Assembly: GCA_965369125.1 (NCBI GenBank)
Contig: CBDUPN010000001.1
Location: 118,653 to 182,652 of the forward strand
Reading direction: 5' to 3'
Length of the DNA stretch: 64,000 nt
Source of the DNA: an uncultured Aureibaculum sp.
Lineage (GTDB): Bacteria; Bacteroidota; Bacteroidia; Flavobacteriales; Flavobacteriaceae
Part shown: one piece after another, positions 8,322-19,497 of the stretch
Numbering within the stretch: the stretch's first letter is position 1
Layout of the letters: every line of letters begins with the position of its first letter
Notes under the pieces: generated by a model
The model's database searches: none
Told to the model about the DNA's origin: nothing
What the model saw: only the letters and a program-made list of their open reading frames with translations
Made by a program: the position numbers and the translations under genes

Positions 8322-9653
8322 TTATAAAGAAGAAACGCTTTCTTTTTTATTTTTTTTAGCCATGGCTTCTAACATATCTGTGGTTATGGATTTAGGTCTT
8401 TCTAAAGGATAGCCCAAGGCGCGATCCCATACAATATTTGACAACACACCAATAGATCTGCCAATGGCAAATAGCACTGTATAGAAATCATATTGTGTAA
8501 CACCATAATGCCATTGAAGAACCCCTGATTGGGCATCTACATTGGGCCACGGATTCTTAGCCTTACCCTGTTCCCTTAAAATATCTGGCACAACTTTATA
8601 CAATGCATCTACATATTTAAACAATTCATCATCCTTCATATGCTTGAGGCAGAACTCTCTTTGTACGGTATATCTCGGATCTGTTTTTCTCAAAACCGCA
8701 TGGCCATAACCAGGTATAACCTGACCGTTATTCAAGGTCTCCCAAACGTAATTTTTCATTTCTTCTTCTGTTGGGATCTTACCACCCATTTGTTCTCTAA
8801 GGCCTTGTAACCAGCGAAGCACTTCTTGATTTGCCAAACCGTGCAAAGGACCTGCCAAACCATTAGTCATTGCAGAAATTGCGTAATACACATCAGATAA
8901 TGAACTAGCCACTAAATGACCTGTATGGGCACTAACATTACCACTTTCATGGTCGGCATGAATAATGAAATACATACGGGCAACATCATCATATGGTTTA
9001 TCTTTTCCCATCATATAGGCAAAATTGGCACCGAGATCTAAAGAAGCGTCTGGATAACGGTGACCTTTTTCGGGATGATAAAGTTTATTGTAAATATAGG
9101 CCCCTATTAAAGGCATTTTTGCTAATAAATTCGTTGCGTCCTCATAGGTAGCATCCCAGTAGTCCATTTTATTCAAGCCACGTTCATACATCAAATTAAA
9201 ATGGGATTCTCGTTGTAAGCTCATTACGGCAGCCGACAAAATAGCCATAGGATGACTTTCACTGGGAAAAGAATCAATAACATCCCAAACATAGCGGGGT
9301 ATCACTCTCCTATTCCTTAAATTTGTCATCAGCTCCTCAACTTCCTTTTCTGTGGGCATTTCGCCTGTTAATAATAAATGATACAATCCTTCAACATAAG
9401 GCATTTCAGCATCCTTGGCTTTAGGTAATTTTTCCAAAACTTCCGGTAAGGTGAACCCCCTATATCGTATTCCTTCATTAGGGTCTAAATAAGAAATGTC
9501 TGTAACTAAACTTTTAATACCCCTCATACCACCTATTATTTGGGAAACAGTTACTTTATCAATAACTACATCGCCATACTCTTTCAAAAGTTTTTCAGTG
9601 CGTGGTCTATGTTCTAGAATTTTTTCGTATAACTTATCTTTTAACGTGATCAT
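8322..9653 (-). CDS. Citrate synthase, eukaryotic/mitochondrial type
   Basis: GGMRGIK, HADHESGNVSAHT, GLAGPLHGLANQEV, PGYGHAVLRKTDPRY, NPWPNVDA, ALGYPLERPKS are signatures of the mitochondrial-type enzyme. Confidence 0.88.
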   Translation of the reverse strand: MITLKDKLYEKILEHRPRTEKLLKEYGDVVIDKVTVSQIIGGMRGIKSLVTDISYLDPNEGIRYRGFTLPEVLEKLPKAKDAEMPYVEGLYHLLLTGEMPTEKEVEELMTNLRNRRVIPRYVWDVIDSFPSESHPMAILSAAVMSLQRESHFNLMYERGLNKMDYWDATYEDATNLLAKMPLIGAYIYNKLYHPEKGHRYPDASLDLGANFAYMMGKDKPYDDVARMYFIIHADHESGNVSAHTGHLVASSLSDVYYAISAMTNGLAGPLHGLANQEVLRWLQGLREQMGGKIPTEEEMKNYVWETLNNGQVIPGYGHAVLRKTDPRYTVQREFCLKHMKDDELFKYVDALYKVVPDILREQGKAKNPWPNVDAQSGVLQWHYGVTQYDFYTVLFAIGRSIGVLSNIVWDRALGYPLERPKSITTDMLEAMAKKNKKESVSSL

Positions 9654-9694
9654 AATAATAAACTTTAATTAATAATGCATTTGCCGTAACTTCT

Positions 9695-9702
9695 CAAAGT
9701 TA
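9695..9702 (-). promoter_or_regulatory. -7 promoter element (TAACTTTG) for the eukaryotic-type citrate synthase
   Basis: Exact TAnnTTTG match about 40 nt upstream of the start, downstream of the eno terminator. Confidence 0.55.
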
Positions 9703-9805
9703 GTATCAAAAGAGAATTATTAATATGATATTTATCATTTAAATTACCTGTGTAACATAAATTACCATAAATTATAAAAGAGGCCAATTATAACTTTAAA
9801 AAATA

Positions 9806-9834
9806 AAAAGCCGGATTTTCAAAATCCGGCTTTT
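9806..9834 (-). terminator. Intrinsic terminator after eno
   Basis: Perfect inverted repeat AAAAGCCGGATTTT-C-AAAATCCGGCTTTT. Confidence 0.8.
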
Positions 9835-9860
9835 ATCTATTGATTATTATAATGCTATTG

Positions 9861-11162
<1,302 letters not shown>

Positions 11163-11233
11163 CTATTGGTTAATTTAAACGTGTAAATTTAAGAAATTGT
11201 CACGGTTGTCGCTACTTTATTTAACAAATTGTA

Positions 11234-11247
11234 CGACAACGTTTTCG
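11234..11247. promoter_or_regulatory. LacI-type palindromic operator candidate upstream of eno
   Basis: CGACAACGTTTTCG: 14-bp palindrome with central CG and one mismatched pair. Confidence 0.4.
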
Positions 11248-11266
11248 CCTGTTACGACAAGAAAAT

Positions 11267-12367
11267 TTAATTCTTGATCATGTCAAAAAACTGATCAAAT
11301 AAATATTCTGCATCATGCGGTCCGGGACTAGCTTCTGGATGATATTGCACTGAAAAGCATTTTTTATTCTTTATCCTGATGCCCGCCACTGTATCATCAT
11401 TTAAATGCATATGCGTTATTTCAATATCAGGATGCGCCTCGGTTTCATCTTTTTTAATAGCAAATCCATGGTTTTGAGAAGTTATTTCACCTTTACCTGT
11501 AATTAGGTTTTTAACAGGATGATTTATACCTCTATGCCCGTGATGCATTTTATAAGTTGAAATTCCGTTAGCCAAAGCAATAACCTGATGCCCCAAACAA
11601 ATACCGAATAGCGGTAAATTATTCTCGACGATCTTTTTAGCAACTAACTGTGCTTCTACCAATGGTTTGGGGTCACCCGGTCCATTAGATAAAAAATAAC
11701 CATCCGGATTCCATGCTTTCATCTCTTCGAAGGTGGCATTATATGGGAATACCTTAATATAAGCATCTCTTTTCGAAAGGTTAAGTAATATATTTCTTTT
11801 GATACCTATATCTAATGCGGCTATTTTATAGGCAGCATCTTTATTACCAAAAAAATAAGGCTTATTGGTAGATACCCTACTTGCCAATTCGAGTCCTTCC
11901 ATTTTAGGAACCATAGAAAGCTGTTCTTTAAGAGATTCCATATTTTCTATCTCAGTAGAAATTATGGCATTCATCGCCCCATTTTCGCGTATATATGATA
12001 CAAGGGCTCTCGTATCCACATCAGAGATTGCCACTAAATTATGTTTTATAAACCAGTCTTTTAAAGAACCATCGGCACCTGGGCGCGTAAAATCAAAACT
12101 AAAATTTCTGCAAATTAATCCAGATATTTTTATTCCTTCAGATTCAATTTCGTCATTTTTCACGCCATAATTACCAATATGTGCATTTGTGGCAACCATA
12201 AGCTGACCATAGTAAGAAGGGTCTGTAAAAATCTCTTGATAACCTGTCATGCCGGTATTAAAACAAATTTCACCGGTGGCCGTACCTTCTATCCCTATTG
12301 ATTTTCCAATGAATATTGTTCCGTCTGCTAATAAGATTATGGCTTTTTTTCGTGGTAGGTATTTCAT
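11267..12367 (-). CDS. carA: Carbamoyl-phosphate synthase small subunit
   Basis: FNTGMTGYQE, SNGPGDP, GICLGHQ, TSQNHGF, VQYHPE. Confidence 0.97.
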   Translation of the reverse strand: MKYLPRKKAIILLADGTIFIGKSIGIEGTATGEICFNTGMTGYQEIFTDPSYYGQLMVATNAHIGNYGVKNDEIESEGIKISGLICRNFSFDFTRPGADGSLKDWFIKHNLVAISDVDTRALVSYIRENGAMNAIISTEIENMESLKEQLSMVPKMEGLELASRVSTNKPYFFGNKDAAYKIAALDIGIKRNILLNLSKRDAYIKVFPYNATFEEMKAWNPDGYFLSNGPGDPKPLVEAQLVAKKIVENNLPLFGICLGHQVIALANGISTYKMHHGHRGINHPVKNLITGKGEITSQNHGFAIKKDETEAHPDIEITHMHLNDDTVAGIRIKNKKCFSVQYHPEASPGPHDAEYLFDQFFDMIKN

Positions 12368-12422
12368 TTACTTTGGGTTAGAAATTCTTTATTCTGTTTC
12401 TAAATATGCGTAAAAATAATAT

Positions 12423-12455
12423 AAAAAAAAGGATAATCCATTTCGACTTATCCTT
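12423..12455 (-). terminator. Terminator-like hairpin (AAGGATA..TATCCTT family, copy 3)
   Basis: AAGGATAA...TTATCCTT with A8 run, giving a U tract on the minus strand. Confidence 0.55.
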
Positions 12456-12493
12456 ATTTGTTTACTTTTTATTGACAATTAATCTTATGATAA

Positions 12494-13189
12494 TTATAAG
12501 AGTGAATTATAATAATCAAAAATCTTTTTAAGATCATCATCTGTTTTTATTGACAATTTATTATTAGAAATAAACTTATTTACTTTTTGTGATCTATCAC
12601 CAAATAATTTAAGAATATTTTTCTTTTTTAAAGCAAACTCTGTTAATTTATCATTTTTATTTAAAAAATAACTTTCTTTTAAAATGAGATAATCCGGTTC
12701 TTTCTGCTGTGTTAGACCGTTAGTAATTCCGGTTCTGATCTCTTTTTGGTATCTTTTTAATAATTCAAAATCATTACTATTTGCGATTACTTCATAAAAA
12801 TTAAATGCACCATCTTTTTGATTCATGAATTTCTTAAAAACCCTATTATTGATTATTGCCTTTTCTATATAGGATGGTTTAAATATAAAAACAGAATCTG
12901 TAGTTGTTTTGGTTAAAAAGTAATCAGAATATGCATTATAATTCAGCCCTTGGATCTTATAAACTTTATTATCTGTGGTGAATATTTCTCCATAAATCTT
13001 CCAATTATCAAATAGATAAGGGGAACCTTCTACTTTAGTAGATGAAGAACTACTAACGACATCACGTGATATCCCTCTTATCTCTATAAACTTAGAATCG
13101 CGACTAACTCCGGCTCCGAAGTTATATTGATCTTGAGAATACCCCATTATAGAACAAAACATTGCTATTAAATACATTATTTTTCTCAT
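12494..13189 (-). CDS. Secreted hypothetical protein (GSPYL-motif family), paralog 1
   Basis: Probable start MRKIMYL at 13189, signal peptide ending GYS-Q; similar along its length to the adjacent ORF. Confidence 0.7.
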   Translation of the reverse strand: MRKIMYLIAMFCSIMGYSQDQYNFGAGVSRDSKFIEIRGISRDVVSSSSSTKVEGSPYLFDNWKIYGEIFTTDNKVYKIQGLNYNAYSDYFLTKTTTDSVFIFKPSYIEKAIINNRVFKKFMNQKDGAFNFYEVIANSNDFELLKRYQKEIRTGITNGLTQQKEPDYLILKESYFLNKNDKLTEFALKKKNILKLFGDRSQKVNKFISNNKLSIKTDDDLKKIFDYYNSLL

Positions 13190-13223
13190 AATTACTTTGT
13201 TTAGAATTCTCAATAACAAAGAT

Positions 13224-13255
13224 AAAAAAAGGATAAACTTATTTAGTTTATCCTT
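13224..13255 (-). terminator. Terminator hairpin (AAGGATA..TATCCTT family, copy 2) overlapping a TATCTTTG -7 element at 13217-13224
   Basis: AAGGATAAACT-tattt-AGTTTATCCTT 11-bp stem. Confidence 0.65.
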
Positions 13256-13294
13256 CATGTATAATTTTACTTTGTTTTCAGATCAACTTTTACC

Positions 13295-13996
13295 TTACAT
13301 TAGGGATTCATAATAATTAAAAATCTTTCTAAGATCAATATCTTCTTTAATTGATAGTTTATTATCCGAAATATACTTTTTTACGGTTTGAGATTTATTT
13401 CCAAATAATTTCAGGATGTTTTTCTTTTTTATAGATAATTCTGTCAAGTTCCCATTTTTATTCAAATAATAATCTTCTTTAAGTATAAAATAATCACTTT
13501 CTTTCTCCATTGTCAACCTATTTGTTATACCTATTCGAAGTACCTTTTGATTTCTTTTTAGGATCTCTGTGTCATCATTGGCCGCAATGACTTCATAATA
13601 ATTAAATAAGGCCGTTTCCTGATTTAAATATTTTTTAAATCTTCGGTTGTTAATAGTAACTTCCTTTAAATAGTTAGGTTTGAACATGAAAACAGAATCC
13701 TGAGATATTTTTGCCACAAACAAATCTGATTTTGTATCGTAATTTAAATTTACGATCTTAAATTTTTGATCATCTAGTGTGGTAACAACAGAAATATTGT
13801 TCCAATCATCAAATAAATAGGGTGTGCCTTTTACTTTTGAAATAGTTTTAGACCCACCTATTTTCAAATATGTTCCTGAGTTGTAACTAGTTATGCTCGC
13901 CGAACTGTTATTAATATCTGCTCCAGTCAAAAAATTTGACTGGCTAAATCCCGACAGCGCGCTAATTAAAATAATAAATTGAATAAATTTTTTCAT
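13295..13996 (-). CDS. Secreted hypothetical protein (GTPYL-motif family), paralog 2
   Basis: Probable start MKKFIQF at 13996, signal peptide ending GFS-Q; shares KKKNILKLFG and FIS/YISDNKLSIK..DL.KIF.YY with paralog 1. Confidence 0.7.
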   Translation of the reverse strand: MKKFIQFIILISALSGFSQSNFLTGADINNSSASITSYNSGTYLKIGGSKTISKVKGTPYLFDDWNNISVVTTLDDQKFKIVNLNYDTKSDLFVAKISQDSVFMFKPNYLKEVTINNRRFKKYLNQETALFNYYEVIAANDDTEILKRNQKVLRIGITNRLTMEKESDYFILKEDYYLNKNGNLTELSIKKKNILKLFGNKSQTVKKYISDNKLSIKEDIDLRKIFNYYESLM

Positions 13997-14015
13997 TGCT
14001 AATTTAATATAATAC

Positions 14016-14046
14016 AAAAAGGATATTCCTGAACAGAATATCCTTT
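14016..14046 (-). terminator. Terminator after rplQ (AAGGATA..TATCCTT family, copy 1)
   Basis: AAAGGATATTC-ctgaaca-GAATATCCTTT 11-bp stem. Confidence 0.7.
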
Positions 14047-14073
14047 AATTAATATGCTTCTTATTATACACGT

Positions 14074-14559
14074 TTACTCTTCCTCGTCTTTTGCCTTTGC
14101 TTCTTTCACAGGAACCGGAGGAACAACAACATTATCACTTTTCTTTTTACCGCCTCTTCTTCGCGTTGATTTTTTCTTCTTAGCGTTAGGATTGTAAAGC
14201 TCATTATAATCAACCAACTCTACCATAGCCATATCAGCGTTATCACCTAGTCTGTTACCTAGTTTAATAATTCTTACATAACCACCTGGCCTATCGGCCA
14301 CTTTAGTAGCTACTTCCCTAAACAGCTCAGTAACGGCATATTTATCTCTTAGGTAACTAAACACAATTCTTCTGTTGTGTGTTGAATCAGTTTTAGATTT
14401 TGTAATCAACGGTTCAACAAATTGCCTAACGGCTTTCGCCTTGGCCAATGTTGTGTTGATACGCTTATGTTCTATTAAAGAGCAAGCCATATTCGCCAAC
14501 ATCGCCTTTCTATGGGCTGTTTTACGTCCCAAATGATTAAATTTCTTTCCGTGTCTCAT
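14074..14559 (-). CDS. rplQ: 50S ribosomal protein L17
   Basis: [21 protein letters not shown]; follows rpoA. Confidence 0.97.
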   Translation of the reverse strand: MRHGKKFNHLGRKTAHRKAMLANMACSLIEHKRINTTLAKAKAVRQFVEPLITKSKTDSTHNRRIVFSYLRDKYAVTELFREVATKVADRPGGYVRIIKLGNRLGDNADMAMVELVDYNELYNPNAKKKKSTRRRGGKKKSDNVVVPPVPVKEAKAKDEEE

Positions 14560-14571
14560 CTCTATATATGC

Positions 14572-15564
14572 TTATTCTTTATCTAACTTGTATTTGCTTA
14601 AATCCATCCCGAAGGTTAATCCTTTATTATTCACTAACTCATCCAATTCAGTTAATGATTTTTTACCAAAGTTTCTGAATTTCATTAAGTCATTTTTATT
14701 AAAAGATACCAAATCACCTAAGGTATCTACTTCTGCCGCTTTTAAACAATTCAAAGCCCTAACAGAAAGATCCATATCGATCAATCTTGTTTTTAATAAT
14801 TGACGCATATGTAATGATTCTTCATCATATGATTCAGTTTGGGCAATTTCATCAGCTTCAAGGGTTATTCTTTCATCCGAGAATAACATAAAGTGATGAA
14901 TTAATATTTTAGCAGCTTCTGTTAATGCGTCTTTAGGATTAATTGATCCATCAGTACTGATATCAAAAATTAATTTTTCGTAATCGGTTTTTTGTTCAAC
15001 ACGAAAGTTCTCTACCGCATATTTCACATTTTTAATTGGTGTAAAAATAGCATCCGTAAAGATCGTTCCTAGTGGTGCATTAGATTTCTTATTCTCTTCA
15101 GATAAAACAAATCCTCTTCCCTTTTCAATGGTAATTTCAAAATCAAGTTTAACCGATTTTTCCATATTACAAATAACAAGATCAGGATTCAATACCTGAA
15201 ATCCTGAAATGTAATTTTGAAAATCTCCTGCCGTTAATTGCTCTTTTCCGCTAATCGAAATTGAAACCGTTTCATTGTCTGTATCTTCTATTTGTTGTTT
15301 GAAGCATACTTGTTTTAAATTCAAAACAATTTCTGTAACATCTTCGACAACACCTTTGATCGTTGAAAATTCATGCTCAACTCCTTCTATTCTTAAGGAT
15401 GTAATTGCATATCCTTCCAATGATGATAGGAGAACTCTACGTAATGCATTACCTATTGTTAAACCATAACCTGGTTCTAAAGGTCTGAATTCAAATCTAC
15501 CTTCAAAATCGGTAGATTCTATCATTATTACTTTATCTGGTTTTTGAAAATTTAATATTGCCAT
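14572..15564 (-). CDS. rpoA: RNA polymerase alpha subunit
   Basis: [21 protein letters not shown]; alpha-[19 protein letters not shown]. Confidence 0.98.
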   Translation of the reverse strand: MAILNFQKPDKVIMIESTDFEGRFEFRPLEPGYGLTIGNALRRVLLSSLEGYAITSLRIEGVEHEFSTIKGVVEDVTEIVLNLKQVCFKQQIEDTDNETVSISISGKEQLTAGDFQNYISGFQVLNPDLVICNMEKSVKLDFEITIEKGRGFVLSEENKKSNAPLGTIFTDAIFTPIKNVKYAVENFRVEQKTDYEKLIFDISTDGSINPKDALTEAAKILIHHFMLFSDERITLEADEIAQTESYDEESLHMRQLLKTRLIDMDLSVRALNCLKAAEVDTLGDLVSFNKNDLMKFRNFGKKSLTELDELVNNKGLTFGMDLSKYKLDKE

Positions 15565-15585
15565 AAGTTTAACTAATGTCTTAGA

Positions 15586-16191
15586 TTATTTAGAGTACAA
15601 CTCTACAATAAATTGTTCGTTAATATTTTCTGGAATTTGTATTCTTTCTGGAACCGTAACAAAGGTACCTTGTTTGGTATCATTATTCCAATTTAACCAC
15701 TCATAAACTGCACTGTTATTAGCTAAAGCATCTTCAATTGCAATTAATGATTTAGATTTTTCTCTAACGGCAACCACATCACCAGGTTTTAAAGAATATG
15801 AAGGAATGTTAACGATATTTCCGTTAACTGTTATGTGCCTATGTGAAACCAGCTGACGTGCACCTCTTCTTGAAGAAGAAACCCCTAGTCTATATACTAC
15901 ATTATCTAGACGAGATTCACACAATTGTAATAAGATTTCACCTGTAATACCCTTACTTCTAGAGGCCCTTTCGAATAAATTTCTAAACTGACGTTCTAAA
16001 ATACCATAGGTATATTTTGCTTTTTGCTTCTCCATTAACTGGACTGCATATTCAGACTTTTTACCTCGGCGTCTGTTATTACCGTGTTGCCCCGGAGGGT
16101 AATTTCTTTTTTCGAAAGATTTGTCATCTCCGAAAATTGCCTCGCCAAATTTACGAGCAATTTTAGTTTTTGGACCTGTATATCTTGCCAT
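15586..16191 (-). CDS. rpsD: 30S ribosomal protein S4
   Basis: [23 protein letters not shown]. Confidence 0.98.
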   Translation of the reverse strand: MARYTGPKTKIARKFGEAIFGDDKSFEKRNYPPGQHGNNRRRGKKSEYAVQLMEKQKAKYTYGILERQFRNLFERASRSKGITGEILLQLCESRLDNVVYRLGVSSSRRGARQLVSHRHITVNGNIVNIPSYSLKPGDVVAVREKSKSLIAIEDALANNSAVYEWLNWNNDTKQGTFVTVPERIQIPENINEQFIVELYSK

Positions 16192-16204
16192 CTTTTATTG
16201 ATTA

Positions 16205-16255
16205 GTGAAAGGGATTATGAATTAAGGCTTATCCTTCGATAATCTAATATTCCTT
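16205..16255 (-). ncRNA. Structured leader upstream of rpsD (candidate S4 r-leader)
   Basis: Nested pairing GAAAGG/CCTTTC, GATTAT/ATAATC, AAGG/CCTT on the minus strand immediately 5' of rpsD. Confidence 0.45.
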
Positions 16256-16271
16256 TCTATTAAAAATTTAA

Positions 16272-16655
16272 TTATACTCTTCTGCGTTTCGGAGGACGAC
16301 AACCATTATGTGGTAAAGGCGTAACATCTACAATTTCTGTTACTTCAATACCTGCATTGTGAATTGTTCTAATGGCAGATTCTCTACCATTACCCGGACC
16401 TTTTACATAAACTTTAACTTTTCTAAGGCCTGCTTCATGTGCTACTTTAGCACAGTCTTCTGCAGCTGTTTGAGCTGCATATGGTGTATTCTTCTTTGAA
16501 CCTCTAAAACCTTGTTTTCCAGCTGATGACCATGAGATCACATCACCTTTTTTATTAGTTAAAGATATTATGATATTATTAAAAGAAGCTGTAATATGAG
16601 CTTCTCCAATAGCATCAACAACTACTTTACGTTTCTTTGAACTTGTTTTCGCCAT
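16272..16655 (-). CDS. rpsK: 30S ribosomal protein S11
   Basis: [34 protein letters not shown]. Confidence 0.98.
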   Translation of the reverse strand: MAKTSSKKRKVVVDAIGEAHITASFNNIIISLTNKKGDVISWSSAGKQGFRGSKKNTPYAAQTAAEDCAKVAHEAGLRKVKVYVKGPGNGRESAIRTIHNAGIEVTEIVDVTPLPHNGCRPPKRRRV

Positions 16656-16660
16656 ATTCT

Positions 16661-16757
16661 TTAGTATTTAGATTTTAGTACTTAGCAGTGAGATAAATAG
16701 ATCTTAAATTAAAGATCGGGGTATCTAACATCTAGATACTAATTACTAACTTCTACT
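16661..16757. repeat. Inverted arrays of degenerate heptamers (TTAGnnn x5 / nnnCTAA x5) around a central GATCTT..AAGATC hairpin
   Basis: TTAGTAT TTAGATT TTAGTAC TTAGCAG TGAGATA at 16661-16695; TATCTAA CATCTAG ATACTAA TTACTAA CTTCTAC at 16722-16756. Confidence 0.55.
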
Positions 16758-16763
16758 TAATTA

Positions 16764-17138
16764 TTATTTAGTTGCTTTCTTTTTGTTAGCAACAGTTTTT
16801 CTTTTACCTTTTCTTGTTCTAGAATTATTCTTAGTTCTTTGACCTCTTAATGGCAATCCTGATCTATGACGGATTCCTCTATAACAGCCAATATCCATTA
16901 AACGTTTTATGTTTAATTGGGTTTCAGAACGCAGTTCACCCTCTATGGTATAAGAACCAACTTGTTCTCTAATTCTGTTTATTTCATCATCTGTCCAGTC
17001 TTGTACTTTCGTACTTTCTTCAACTTTCGCATTCGCTAAAACTTCTTTGGCTCTATTTCTACCAATACCGTAGATATAAGTTAATGAAATAACACCTCTC
17101 TTATTTTTTGGTATATCTATACCTGCTATTCTTGCCAT
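16764..17138 (-). CDS. rpsM: 30S ribosomal protein S13
   Basis: [26 protein letters not shown]. Confidence 0.98.
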   Translation of the reverse strand: MARIAGIDIPKNKRGVISLTYIYGIGRNRAKEVLANAKVEESTKVQDWTDDEINRIREQVGSYTIEGELRSETQLNIKRLMDIGCYRGIRHRSGLPLRGQRTKNNSRTRKGKRKTVANKKKATK

Positions 17139-17140
17139 AA

Positions 17141-17257
17141 TTATCCTTGTCTTTGTTTAAATCTAGGATTCTTTTTGTTGATTACATATAATCGGCCTTT
17201 TCTACGTACAATTTTGCAGTCGGCACTTCTTTTCTTTACTGATGCTCTAACTTTCAT
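17141..17257 (-). CDS. rpmJ: 50S ribosomal protein L36 (not in ORF track)
   Basis: Translated by hand: [38 protein letters not shown]. Confidence 0.95.
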   Translation of the reverse strand: MKVRASVKKRSADCKIVRRKGRLYVINKKNPRFKQRQG

Positions 17258-17267
17258 CGTTATATTT

Positions 17268-17483
17268 TTAGTATCTGTAAGTTATACGAGCCTTTGACAA
17301 ATCATAAGGACTCATTTCTAATTTAACTTTATCTCCCGGTAATAATTTTATATAATGCATCCGCATTTTACCAGAAATATGTGCGGTAACAATATGGCCA
17401 TTTTCTAGCTCAACGCGAAACATAGCGTTAGATAATGCTTCGCTAATTGTTCCATCTTGTTCTATTGCTTGTTGTTTTGCCAT
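17268..17483 (-). CDS. infA: Translation initiation factor IF-1
   Basis: [25 protein letters not shown]. Confidence 0.98.
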   Translation of the reverse strand: MAKQQAIEQDGTISEALSNAMFRVELENGHIVTAHISGKMRMHYIKLLPGDKVKLEMSPYDLSKARITYRY

Positions 17484-17485
17484 AA

Positions 17486-18823
17486 TTAAGCTACTGATTT
17501 TCTTTTTGTTCCTGTTTTCATTAATCCATCATAATGACGATTCAATAAATGGGAATTTATTTGTTGTATTGTATCTATTGCAACTCCAACCATGATCAAC
17601 AAAGATGTACCACCATAAAACATGGCCCACCCAGGCTGTACCCCCGCCTGTACAACCAAAGCCGGTAAGATGGCTAAGATCGCTAAGAATATTGATCCCG
17701 GTAAGGTTATCCTTGATAACACAGTATCTAAATAATCTGCTGTTTCTTTACCCGGTCTAATTCCCGGTAAAAATCCACCACTCCTTTTCAAATCGTCTGC
17801 CATTTTGTTCGTAGGAATTGTAATAGCCGTATAGAAATAGCTAAATATTATGATCAATACAGCGAACAAAATATTATACCATAAACCAAACATGTTGGTA
17901 AAGGCAATTCCGATTGCTTTGATAGTTCCGTTCTCACTACTTGCTAATAACCCAGGTACAAACATCAATGCTTGGGCAAAGATTATTGGCATTACACCCG
18001 ATGAATTTAGTTTTAATGGAATATACTGTCTGGCTCCTGCTACATCTTTAATATTACCCGCCACTGTTCTTCTAGCATATTGAACTGCAATTCTTCTTAC
18101 AGCAGTAACCAATAAAACAGAAGCTAGAATTACTACTAACCAAATAATGACTTCTATTAAGATCATCAAAGCACCACCGTTCGATTGTGTTACTCTTGAA
18201 GTAAACTCTTGCATAAATGTTGATGGTAATGTGGCTATAATACCGATCATGATCAACAATGAAATACCATTACCAATACCCTTATCTGTTATTTTTTCAC
18301 CTAACCACATGGCAAATATTGTACCTGTAGTTAATAATAATATAGAGGAGAACCAGAATAATGGGCCGTTACCCAACAAAAATGCACTTGCTGGAATACC
18401 TAAACTTGGTAAGCTACCAATATAAGCTGGTGCTTGAATAATTAATATACCTACAGTTAACCATCTTGTTATCTGGTTTATTTTTTTTCGACCGCTTTCT
18501 CCTTCTTTTTGAAGTTTTTGCAAATACGGAACCGCAATTCCCATTAACTGAACTACAATTGAGGCAGAAATATAAGGCATGATACCCAGTGCCATAACCG
18601 ATGCTCTTGCAAAAGCCCCACCTGTAAAAGCATTTAACAAACCTAATAAATTATTATCGCTCGTTGTACTTTGAAGATTTGATAATTGTGTTGGATCTAT
18701 TCCTGGTAAAGGTACTTGTGCCGCTAAACGATACACCACCATCAAACCAAGGGTGAGTATGATCTTATTTCTAAGGTCCTCAATTTTCCAAATATCTTGT
18801 ATGGTATTTATAAATTTTTTCAT
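17486..18823 (-). CDS. secY: Preprotein translocase subunit SecY
   Basis: [39 protein letters not shown]. Confidence 0.98.
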   Translation of the reverse strand: MKKFINTIQDIWKIEDLRNKIILTLGLMVVYRLAAQVPLPGIDPTQLSNLQSTTSDNNLLGLLNAFTGGAFARASVMALGIMPYISASIVVQLMGIAVPYLQKLQKEGESGRKKINQITRWLTVGILIIQAPAYIGSLPSLGIPASAFLLGNGPLFWFSSILLLTTGTIFAMWLGEKITDKGIGNGISLLIMIGIIATLPSTFMQEFTSRVTQSNGGALMILIEVIIWLVVILASVLLVTAVRRIAVQYARRTVAGNIKDVAGARQYIPLKLNSSGVMPIIFAQALMFVPGLLASSENGTIKAIGIAFTNMFGLWYNILFAVLIIIFSYFYTAITIPTNKMADDLKRSGGFLPGIRPGKETADYLDTVLSRITLPGSIFLAILAILPALVVQAGVQPGWAMFYGGTSLLIMVGVAIDTIQQINSHLLNRHYDGLMKTGTKRKSVA

Positions 18824-18839
18824 TTACCTTTTATGGTCT

Positions 18840-19292
18840 TTATAATGTGACGGCTTTACCACCAGCTTTTTCAATAGCATCTTTAGCCGTTGCCGTAAAT
18901 TTATGAACTGTAATATCTAATTTAGCTTTTAGTTCACCTCTACCTAATATTTTAATCAGGTCGTTTTTTCTGGCCAAGCGATTTTCAACAAGAACATCCA
19001 TTGTTACGGTATCTTTTATTCTACCGTTATCTACCATTTCTTGTAACTTATCTAAATTTATACCCACATATTCTTTACGATTAATATTCGTAAACCCAAA
19101 TTTAGGAACACGTCTTTGTAAGGGCATTTGACCACCTTCAAATCCTATTTTCTTAGAATATCCTGAACGAGATTTTGCTCCTTTATGACCTCTTGTAGCA
19201 GTACCTCCTTTACCGGATCCTTGACCTCTACCTATTCTTTTACCTTGATTTTTAACCGAACCTTCTGCAGGTTTTAAGTTATTTAATTCCAT
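18840..19292 (-). CDS. rplO: 50S ribosomal protein L15
   Basis: RIGRGQGSGKG, FEGGQMPL. Confidence 0.97.
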   Translation of the reverse strand: MELNNLKPAEGSVKNQGKRIGRGQGSGKGGTATRGHKGAKSRSGYSKKIGFEGGQMPLQRRVPKFGFTNINRKEYVGINLDKLQEMVDNGRIKDTVTMDVLVENRLARKNDLIKILGRGELKAKLDITVHKFTATAKDAIEKAGGKAVTL

Positions 19293-19301
19293 AACTTTAT
19301 C

Positions 19302-19484
19302 TTATTTTACTTCTTCAACAGAAAGTAAGTGTTTAACTTTATTAACCATTCCTAGTATTTCTGGTGTAGCATTATGCTCCACCACCTGATTCAATTTACG
19401 CAAACCAAGAGCTTCCAACGTTCTTTTTTGATTCTGAGGACGTCTTATTTTACTTTTTACTTGTTTAACTCTAATTTTTTTCAT
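19302..19484 (-). CDS. rpmD: 50S ribosomal protein L30
   Basis: True start MKKIRVKQVKS at 19484; LEALGLRK, GMVNKVKHL. Confidence 0.95.
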   Translation of the reverse strand: MKKIRVKQVKSKIRRPQNQKRTLEALGLRKLNQVVEHNATPEILGMVNKVKHLLSVEEVK

Positions 19485-19497
19485 CCTTATTCCTCTT

